This document shows positions 38,430 through 47,166 of a DNA stretch of 64,000 nucleotides, one piece after another. Each line of letters opens with the position of its first letter. The first letter of the stretch is position 1. The notes beneath the pieces are model-generated. The model had not been told where the DNA came from. It saw only the letters and a program-made list of their open reading frames with translations, and searched no databases. The stretch comes from Azolla caroliniana (taxonomy: Eukaryota; Plantae; Polypodiophyta). The translations under genes were made by a program, and so were the position numbers. The DNA lies in contig JBHGNT010000005.1 of NCBI GenBank assembly GCA_043228905.1, positions 21,390,001-21,454,000 of the forward strand, given 5' to 3'.

Positions 38430-40485
38430 AATTAATATAGCAATATAATTGTACCATGCCCAAACCATAACGATCAAAAAAGACATCCGCGATCGATCAA
38501 GAATAATTTGGGACACTAATCATGGAATTCTCATGATTATATGATTGATTGAATCATTTGAATGATTTTGTGAATCTTCATGAGACTGAGTATCACATTT
38601 TGATATAATGCTATACCTATGATCACATTCGACCATGTTTTCACACATCTTCGACAAAGCCCAATCCATGCACGAATTTCTCTCACAACCACAATTAGCA
38701 CTGTCGATTGCAATTGTTATTCCTTAGGGCCGGACAATGGCCTAACACAGGGTGTCTCCGGAAAACACTTCACCAAAGGGGTGTTACGGCGAGATAACTT
38801 AAGACACAACGATTAATCCGACTTAATTGGCTACTTAACAATAAGGCATTCACTTAATACACGGGTAAGATATAACAATTAATACAGAACGGTAATCAAT
38901 TCGTGATGATAAAACAAGAAGCTTATATTAATTCTCCGTTTTCTGTCTCTTCTTCCTTCTCTCACCACCACTATGTCCATTGTCTGTGGCTGTCACGCTC
39001 TGTTCTTGTGTGTTGTTGTGTCTTTACCGCCTTCTCTGTTCATCTCCGTCTCTGTCTCTGTTTTCATTTCTGTTTCCGTCTCTGGCTCCGTCGCTGTCAC
39101 AGTCAACGTCATCATCACCATCATCATCCGTCGTCGTTGTCTGTCCATCACTGTCGTTTGTCGGTTTGTCTTCGTCCAGCCCGTTTTGCCACTTCAGCCA
39201 CTGTTCGGCTATTACGACCGCTCCTCGGCCACTCTTTGGCCGCTCGTCCATCTCCATCTCCCACCGTTTCGACCGGTTTCCGGCCCTTCTGGCCTATCTG
39301 GCCATGTCTGTCCGGTCCATCTCCAGATGTCTTTGTCACCGACCTTGTCGGCCCTATTCGGCTGTCGGTTTTGGCCGAGGTCCATCGCTTTTCGGCATCA
39401 ATGTCGTTGTTTCAACCGTCTTTGTCTAGCATGTCTCTGGCCGGTTGTACGCTGACTCCGTCATTGTTCTGGCCGCCATCGTTTGTTTGGCGACTGATGC
39501 AGCTTCATCCAATCCTTGTCTGATCCCCCGGCCGCTCCGGCTGCTACAACCACTGTCCGGCTATTCCGATCGGTTTCCGGCCCTTCCGACCACTCTCTCC
39601 GCTCTTCAGCCAATATTTGGCCGTTGTTCTTGTTGCTATCTAGCCCCTCTCTAGCCGGAACGCTCCTGTTGCGGCTGTTGCTTCGTCGGGTTTTGTGGTC
39701 GTCTCTATCGACCGGCTGTCATACCGGCATTTGTCCGGCCGTCAGCTATTGTTTAGCCACTATCCGGCCACTCCAACCGCTCCAACTGTTGTTCGGCTGC
39801 TCTTTAGCTGTTGTCCGGCGTCGTCCGGTTTTGCTACCTCGTTGTTAAGAGTTGGGATAACAACACAACCAGTCACGAATAAGAACGCATCAACAAGGAC
39901 GTAGTACGAAGAGGAAACAGCAAGAGGAAAGGAAAGCAAAGAGATGGCCAAATGTGAAAGGCCCATACCCTAAACGTGAAAGCTATATAAACCACATAGT
40001 AGTGGCTTTGTGGGGGTTCCCCCATTTGTAAAGATCTCCTACTGATTAGAGCTAGAGCTTCCTCTCCTCCTTCTTGTAACCTTTGAGCTTAAGAGAGATT
40101 AGTGAAGTGTTGAGTTAGAGAACACTAATCTCTCTCCTTGTTGGTGCTAGAACTCTTAGCAAAGAGGGTTAATAATAGACATACTCTTTCTTCTTATTGT
40201 CTATATCTATTAATCTATTGTCTATGAGAGAGAGCTTGAGAGAGTGAGAGAGATATCGTGCTCGGAGGTATCCGACAACCATCTCCGCCCGATTCGCCAT
40301 CAAGAGGGTATACGATGGTCCGAATTCCGCCACGACATCGAGGAGCTTACTTCATCGATACATAGATCCTTAACATCTATTTGGCGCTGCTGCCGGGGAT
40401 ACGACCGACGCTTGAAGCCTATTTTGAGTAGTCGAAAACTCGAAGGCAACCCACTTAACGAAGGAAGAAAGCAAAAGAGAACCAC

Positions 40486-40668
40486 TATTTTCTGTTTTTC
40501 TTACTATTTCATAGTTTAATTAAGTTGATTTTCTGTTTTTCTCACTATTTCATAGTTTAATTAAGTTGATTTTGTGTTTTTCTCACTAATTCATAGTTTA
40601 ATTAAGTCCCATTTTCTGTTTTTTTTCATCATTTCATAGTTTAATTAAGTCCCATTTTCTGTTTTTTC
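40486..40668 (+). repeat. ~41-bp tandem repeat x4 in the Gypsy 5' UTR
   Basis: CATAGTTTAATTAAGT at ~40510, 40551, 40592 and 40635. Confidence 0.9.
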
Positions 40669-40809
40669 GCTCGGTTAACATTAAACATTGTGGAGGTTTA
40701 GGCCGTTACGGGGCAAGCATAATCACCGCAAGTCTCGCGGCTTACGATCACTCCACGGGTCACAAAGCGACCGTTGGCGCGAAAAAATTTGAATTTCCCA
40801 CGCAAAGCT

Positions 40810-41030
40810 CATCGAAGATTCATCCTTCGACGAACATTCATCCTTCGACGAACATTCATCCTTCGACGAACATTTAACCTCCGACGAAGGTTCAACCTCC
40901 GACGAACATTCACCCTTCGACGAAGATTCAACCTGTGACGAAGATTCATCCTTCGACGAAGCTTCATCCTTCGACGAACATTCATCCTTCGACGAACATT
41001 CAACCTTCGACGAAGGTTCAACCCCCGATG
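40810..41030 (+). repeat. 18-bp tandem array, left part (~12 units)
   Basis: Unit CTTCGACGAA(C/G)(A/G)TTCA(T/A)C. Confidence 0.95.
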
Positions 41031-41571
41031 TGTCGTGACTCTTGAGTAGGAAGCAGAGAGAGAGAGCGATGGCGATAGAGATAACGATAACGATAGAGAT
41101 GGCGAGAGCGGTAGAGATAGCGATAGTGATAGAAAGAGAGTGAAAGAGGGAGAGAGTGCGAGAGAGAGAAAAGTATAAGTGAGAGATAAGAAATGGGAAT
41201 GCGATTATATTATGAGAAAGAAGATTACAAGGAGTAGGCTAAGGGCTAAAGACTGGTGTTGAACCGAATGAGTTGTGATGAGTGTATGGACTCTTATTTA
41301 TAGGCCCTTATGGAGTATTCTAGAATGTTCTAGAATATTTTAGATATTTATGAATAATAATAATAATAAATATAATCATGAAATATTCAAGAACATTCTA
41401 GAATAATCTAGAATGTTCTAAATATCTCGTAATAACTAAACATATAATTATTATAATTACATCTCACATATGTTATTACAATGGTTAAAGTACAATATGT
41501 AAACCAAGACGTTATGGGTTCGATTCCTGGTTCGCCAAGATGAATGTCATGATAAGCCAAGATGTATGTCT

Positions 41572-44500
41572 TCATGACATTATCCCCCCTTTTCGATGAC
41601 GAGTTGCACGAGTCGGAAGAAAAGAGTTCAGACTTGGTTTATGAGGATATTGGTTGTGAAATGCAACAACCATGTCAGAGGCATTGGCAAGATGTTCGGC
41701 AGGCTCCCATGTTCGATCATTAGGTGTATAGCCTAACCAATCAACCAAGTAGTATAGTTTGTTGCGAATGATCTTGGAGTCGAGGATAGCGGCAACCTCA
41801 TATTCAGAGCCATTGGAAACGTCAATTGGAGGTGGGGGAGGTGTAACACGACCCGGAATAGAGCTCGTTGTGTAAGGCTCCAAAAGTGAAACATGGAAGA
41901 CCGGGTGAAGACGCATATGAGGAGGAAGATCAAGACGAAATGTCACATCATTGATCTTACCACTTATGACATATGGGCCAAAACGTTGATAATCCAATTT
42001 GTAGCAAGGTCGGGTCGTTTTAATGCTACCTTGTAAGAGCCATACACGATCGCCTACTTGAAATGTAGTCGATGAATCACGCCGATGACGGTCAGCAATC
42101 TTCTTTTGAGTGTTTTGGGCTTCACATAAATGATGCAAAAGCATATCCTGAACTTCTTGGAGTCGAGTGAGCCGATCTTCAGCAGCTGGGTTTTTTGGGA
42201 GTTCAGGATGTTCAAGCATCGTCCAACGAGGATGGTACCCAATGTTTGCAAAAAATGGGGAATATCCAGTAGAAGAATGCTCGGAGTTGTTATAAGCAAA
42301 TTCTGCCAAAGGTAGTAAATCCACCCAATCATCTTGTTGATAGTTGACAAAACAACGTAGATATTGCTCGACTGTTTGGTTGGTGCGCTCACTCTGCCCA
42401 TTAGTCTCTGGATGGTAGCCGGAAGATAGTTTACAAGAAGTATGTAAGAGTGTGAACATGTGCCGCCAAAATTTCGAGATGAATTGGGGACCCCGATCAC
42501 TGATAATATCATCCGGAAGACCATGATGGCGAAACACCTCCCGCATGAGTAAATCAGCTGTCTCTTGACTAGTAATGGTCTTTGTGCATGGAAGGAAATG
42601 TGCCATCTTCGTAAAACGATCGACAACAGTGAGAATCGAATCAAATCCCTTGGAAGGTGGAAGATCCGTAATAAAGTCCAAGGAAATAGATTTCCATGGG
42701 CTTTCCGGAATAGGCATTGGCTGTAATAAGCCATATGGATGATGTCGAGGCTTTTTTGATCGGCAACATGTATCACAGCTACGAACATAATCCGTAACAA
42801 AATGGCGAAGCCGTGGCCACCAATATCGGCGAGAAATCAACTCAAAAGTCTTGTGGATGCCGAAGTGTCCCGCCATTGGTGTGTCATGACATTGTTGCAT
42901 GACTTTGAGTCGAGAAGGACCGTCAGGCACATACAAGAGAGTTTGTCGAAAAAGTAACCCATCATGCCAACTAAACTGGGTGTAGTCTAGACGAGGATTT
43001 TGAGTTTGGGAGCTAGATGCACGATTTGGGATAATATGGCTCAAAACCTCTTGGGCGAACGCATCAGTCGCAATCTGCTCACGAATGGAATCAAGAAGCC
43101 TTGAATCTCCCGGTGTGTTGATGGTATGCATTGCCATTATTCGTAGACGATCAGGACCTAAGAGGATTTGCTTTTGGCTTTCAAATGCGGCCTCTCCAGG
43201 TTGAAGTTCCATATACGAACGTCTAGATAAAGCATCTGCTTTTCCTTGTTGCATCCCAGGGCGATATAGAATTACAAAATCGAAACGAGTTAAGAACTGC
43301 GCCCAACGAGCTTGTCGTCGATTCAAGACTCGAGCACTTTGAAAGTATGTTAGATTTTTATGATCATTGTAGACAATAATCTGCTGAGAAGAACCCTCCA
43401 GAAAATGACGCCATTGTTGAAAAGAATCCACAATGGCAAGAAGCTCTTTGTCGTGAATCTCATAGTTGATTTCTGCGGCTTCAAATTTTCGTGAGTGAAA
43501 AGCCACCGGGTGCAGTTCACCATCATCACCAATTTGGGATAGTACACTTCCGAGTGCGAAATCCGATGCATCAGCTTCAAGTATAAAGCGCCTCATTGGA
43601 TCGACATGGATTAAGATTGGTGCGGATGTAAATGCTTGCTTTAAACCCTCAAATGCAGAGTTCGCATCTATACTCCATACAAATGATCGATTCTTGTGCG
43701 TCAGTTGAGTGAGGGGCAACACAATTTTTGAATAGTCTTTGATGAACTTGCGATAAAAGTTTGCGAACCCCAAAAAACATTGCACATCTCGCACGGACTG
43801 TGGTGTTTGCCAATCCAAAATTGTTTGAACCTTTGATGGATCCATAGAGATGCCATTTGAAGAGACTATGTACCCCAAAAACTCCACTTGACGTTGGTCG
43901 AAACTACACTTCTCCAATTTTGCATAGAGACCATACTCTCGTAGCCGTTGCAAAACTTGGCGAACATGTATATCATGTTCTTCTTGAGTTTTTGAGTAGA
44001 TCAAGATATCATCCAGGTAAACAATGATGAAGATATCGAGGAAGTCTCGAAAAATATCATTCGCCATATGTTGGAAGACTGCTGGTGCATTCGTGAGGCC
44101 AAAAGGCATCACTGTGTACTCAAAATGACCATAGCGAGTGCGGAACGCCGTCTTCCATTCATCCCCAGGACGAATTCGAACAAGGTTGTAGGCACCTCGA
44201 AGATCTAACTTCGTGAAATACTTTGCTTCACTGAGGCGTTCTAGAAGGCTTGAGATCAATGGGAGAGCATATCGGTTTCTAACGGTCACTTTATTCAAGC
44301 CTCGATAATCCACGACCATACGAAGCGTACCATCTTTCTTCTTAACGAAAAAGATGGGTGCACCAGCAGGAGATTTTGAATGTTGGATAAAACCATTTGC
44401 CAAGTTCTCATTGATATATTCTCGAAGAACCTCTAACTCCGAGGGCGAAAGATTATAAATTGGTCCCCATGGAGGCTCTTTTCCTGGCTGCAAATCAATT

Positions 44501-45210
44501 GGGCAATCATATGGTCGATGCTCTGGTAGTCTATTAGCCTTCACCTTATCGAACACATCGGAGAATTCTATGTACTTCTTTGGTAGTTGGACCCCCAATT
44601 CTTGTGAGCTAGATGAGGGAGTTGCTAAAACCGCAAATACCATCATGTCTTCCTTTCTTCCATCCTCTCGTAATTGATGTATAGAGATTGTTGAAATTGT
44701 GGGGGATCCTAGATCCTTAGTTGGAGCTTCAAGAGACTTGGATTGTACGGTGACCTCTTCAATAGTTCTTTTTCTCCAATCAATGGTTGGGTTATGTAAC
44801 TCAAACCAAGGAAGACCAAGAACTAGAGAGTGCTCCGGACTACTAATGATGTTAAATGAGATGACACTAGCCAAATTACCTAGGACTACACGAATTGGTT
44901 CAGACTCTTCGACTATATCTCCTGATGCTATAGGGCGACCATCGATGACTCCTACAGCTACTGGGTTTGGGAGTTTTTTCAAGATGATGTTTTGAGTCAA
45001 TGCAAACTCGCGATCCATGAAACAAGAATTGGCTCCGGAATCTAGGAGGGCAAAGGCTAGGGCGCGATGACCTGTAGATGTGCTAAGCTCGACTTGTGCA
45101 GAAAAAACTCTACTAACTTGATTTGATGAAATGGAACCACAACTAGGTACTGACTCTACATAACTAGGATGGTCCAACCAAATGGCTCCTATTTTGGCCG
45201 GACTTATTCG
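41572..45210 (-). CDS. pol: Pol polyprotein: protease, RT, RNase H, integrase, chromodomain (probably made as Gag-Pol by -1 frameshift)
   Basis: LLDSGA; VVDYRGLN and YLDD; EADASD and DKE; HHCC (H...GHFG...CDTC); SLDFITDLP; GPY; C-terminal YEVAAILD...YLVDWLGY...TWEP chromodomain. No stops over 1201 aa. Confidence 0.97.
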   Translation of the reverse strand, partial: RISPAKIGAIWLDHPSYVESVPSCGSISSNQVSRVFSAQVELSTSTGHRALAFALLDSGANSCFMDREFALTQNIILKKLPNPVAVGVIDGRPIASGDIVEESEPIRVVLGNLASVISFNIISSPEHSLVLGLPWFELHNPTIDWRKRTIEEVTVQSKSLEAPTKDLGSPTISTISIHQLREDGRKEDMMVFAVLATPSSSSQELGVQLPKKYIEFSDVFDKVKANRLPEHRPYDCPIDLQPGKEPPWGPIYNLSPSELEVLREYINENLANGFIQHSKSPAGAPIFFVKKKDGTLRMVVDYRGLNKVTVRNRYALPLISSLLERLSEAKYFTKLDLRGAYNLVRIRPGDEWKTAFRTRYGHFEYTVMPFGLTNAPAVFQHMANDIFRDFLDIFIIVYLDDILIYSKTQEEHDIHVRQVLQRLREYGLYAKLEKCSFDQRQVEFLGYIVSSNGISMDPSKVQTILDWQTPQSVRDVQCFLGFANFYRKFIKDYSKIVLPLTQLTHKNRSFVWSIDANSAFEGLKQAFTSAPILIHVDPMRRFILEADASDFALGSVLSQIGDDGELHPVAFHSRKFEAAEINYEIHDKELLAIVDSFQQWRHFLEGSSQQIIVYNDHKNLTYFQSARVLNRRQARWAQFLTRFDFVILYRPGMQQGKADALSRRSYMELQPGEAAFESQKQILLGPDRLRIMAMHTINTPGDSRLLDSIREQIATDAFAQEVLSHIIPNRASSSQTQNPRLDYTQFSWHDGLLFRQTLLYVPDGPSRLKVMQQCHDTPMAGHFGIHKTFELISRRYWWPRLRHFVTDYVRSCDTCCRSKKPRHHPYGLLQPMPIPESPWKSISLDFITDLPPSKGFDSILTVVDRFTKMAHFLPCTKTITSQETADLLMREVFRHHGLPDDIISDRGPQFISKFWRHMFTLLHTSCKLSSGYHPETNGQSERTNQTVEQYLRCFVNYQQDDWVDLLPLAEFAYNNSEHSSTGYSPFFANIGYHPRWTMLEHPELPKNPAAEDRLTRLQEVQDMLLHHLCEAQNTQKKIADRHRRDSSTTFQVGDRVWLLQGSIKTTRPCYKLDYQRFGPYVISGKINDVTFRLDLPPHMRLHPVFHVSLLEPYTTSSIPGRVTPPPPPIDVSNGSEYEVAAILDSKIIRNKLYYLVDWLGYTPNDRTWEPAEHLANASDMVVAFHNQYPHKPSLNSFLPTRATRHRKGGIMS

Positions 45211-46331
45211 TTTAACACATCCTCTAATTGGCTCAAGACATCAAATCTATTCTCATGGCATGGGCTAGTAGGCTTAGTACTTAAGTTATTAGAAGTGATA
45301 GTAGAACTTGATGTAGGGTTGTCATGTGCACTTACTTGGTAAACTTGACGCCTGGGTTTATGTGGACAATTCACAGCTATATGTCCTGGACCACCACAGT
45401 AGAGGCATAGGCGATGCGCCCGACGTCGTTGTTTCTCAGCATCTGATAAGGGCCCTCGACGTTGTGTCGACTCTATTTCCATCGGAGTGGGACCATCCCT
45501 CGTAACGGGTCTAGAACCTTGTGGCGGTGTGGCGACTATAGAAGCGTATGTCTGTTCCGGTTGGCGGCGTAACATTTGTTGACGTTCAGAACGTCGCTCA
45601 AATAGGCGATTATCACATCGCACAGCTCGGCTAATAGCTTCAGTAAGAGACTTTGGATCTTCATGGAAAGTAAGAAGAAGATCTTTGACATCGTTACGCA
45701 AACCCTGACGGAATTGATCCATTAAGGCTGCCTCATCCCAAGGGATGTCGCATGCCAAGAGACGGAAATCTGCGGCATAAGCTGAAGCGGGACGATCTCC
45801 TTGTCGGAGTCTTCGAATCTTGTTTATTGCAGTCCTAGTGCTATCCGTATCTCCAAAACTAGCTTGAAACTCCTTAACGAATGCCTCGAAATCCTCCAGT
45901 AATGGTGATTTCTTCTCAAGAAGTGGTGCAAACCATGCTAACGCTGTACCGCTTAGCAAGGTTCCTATTAATCCCACACGGGCAGCATCAGTTGGATACC
46001 GATTGGGATGTAACTGAATCACCAAACGAACTTGATTCAGGAAACCTCGAAAGAGAGATCTGGTACCATCAAACTTGGCAGGGAGGCTAATCTTTGGTTC
46101 CCTTGGGGAGTTTTGAACCCCCGCCGCTTGTTCTCGTAATGTTAATATAGTAGCCTCAAGTTGATGAACCCGTTGTGATAACTCCTCATATTGATGAGCT
46201 TTCTCAGTACTGACTTGTTGAAGATCCCCGAGTAGCCTTTGATTTTCTTGCTCTAATGCCACAAACTTAGTGGTGAGCATATCGAGCTCCGAAAGGACAC
46301 GCATATACTCTTGCTTGCTGACCGACTCCAT
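45204..46331 (-). CDS. gag: Gag (Tcn1/sushi-like capsid plus CCHC zinc knuckle), 375 aa
   Basis: LPAKFDG...F; LRQG...Y...F major homology region; GPTPMEI; CLYCGGPGHIAVNC. Confidence 0.96.
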   Translation of the reverse strand: MESVSKQEYMRVLSELDMLTTKFVALEQENQRLLGDLQQVSTEKAHQYEELSQRVHQLEATILTLREQAAGVQNSPREPKISLPAKFDGTRSLFRGFLNQVRLVIQLHPNRYPTDAARVGLIGTLLSGTALAWFAPLLEKKSPLLEDFEAFVKEFQASFGDTDSTRTAINKIRRLRQGDRPASAYAADFRLLACDIPWDEAALMDQFRQGLRNDVKDLLLTFHEDPKSLTEAISRAVRCDNRLFERRSERQQMLRRQPEQTYASIVATPPQGSRPVTRDGPTPMEIESTQRRGPLSDAEKQRRRAHRLCLYCGGPGHIAVNCPHKPRRQVYQVSAHDNPTSSSTITSNNLSTKPTSPCHENRFDVLSQLEDVLNE

Positions 46332-46680
46332 AACCGCGGGGGAAAAAGAAAGAAGGATAAAGAAGAAAGCTTGCTAGAGTTATTGGAGAAAGGGAAAAGA
46401 AATATTCGGTTCAAACTGTCGTGACTCTTGAGTAGGAAGCAGAGAGAGAGAGCGATGGCGATAGAGATAACGATAACGATAGAGATGGCGAGAGCGGTAG
46501 AGATAGCGATAGTGATAGAAAGAGAGTGAAAGAGGGAGAGAGTGCGAGAGAGAGAAAAGTATAAGTGAGAGATAAGAAATGGGAATGCGATTATATTATG
46601 AGAAAGAAGATTACAAGGAGTAGGCTAAGGGCTAAAGACTGGTGTTGAACCGAATGAGTTGTGATGAGTGTATGGACTCT

Positions 46681-46805
46681 TATTTATAGGCCCTTATGGA
46701 GTATTCTAGAATGTTCTAGAATATTTTAGATATTTATGAATAATAATAATAATAAATATAATCATGAAATATTCAAGAACATTCTAGAATAATCTAGAAT
46801 GTTCT
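46681..46805 (-). promoter_or_regulatory. LTR promoter: TATA box plus two heat-shock element clusters (repeated in the other LTR at ~41295-41419)
   Basis: Minus-strand TATAAATA at 46681-46688; TTCtaGAAtgTTCtaGAA at 46704-46721; TTCaaGAAcaTTCtaGAAtaaTCtaGAAtgTTC at 46772-46804. Confidence 0.85.
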
Positions 46806-46965
46806 AAATATCTCGTAATAACTAAACATATAATTATTATAATTACATCTCACATATGTTATTACAATGGTTAAAGTACAATATGTAAACCAAGAGGTTA
46901 TGGGTTCGATTCCTGGTTCGCCAAGATGAATGTCATGATAAGCCAAGATGTATGTCTTCATGACA

Positions 46966-47115
46966 CGATGAAGATTCATTCTTCGACGAACATTCAACCT
47001 TCGACGAAGGTTCAACCTCTGACGAAGGTTCAACCTCTGACGAAGATTCATCCTTCAACGAAGATTCATCCTTCGACGAAGATTCAACCTGCGACGAAGA
47101 TTCAACCTTCGATGA
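46966..47115 (+). repeat. 18-bp tandem array, right part (~8 units)
   Basis: Same unit as 40810-41030; the array was split by the chromovirus insertion. Confidence 0.95.
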
Positions 47116-47166
47116 GCCTATAAAAAAAAATAAAAAATAAAAAAAATAAAAACTTGACCAGAAAAC

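Larger units (their letters stand above)
41031..46965 (-). mobile_element. Intact, young Tcn1-like chromovirus (Ty3/Gypsy) LTR retrotransposon
   Basis: 549-bp LTRs 41031-41579 and 46417-46965 (one mismatch seen); TSD CGATG at 41026-41030 and 46966-46970; PPT AGGGGGATAA; no tRNA PBS; open gag and pol. Confidence 0.97.

Noticed and set aside
40809-41021. Arg-rich ORF (MNLRRR repeats; also 46794-47123)
   Set aside because: It is a translation of the 18-bp tandem repeat.
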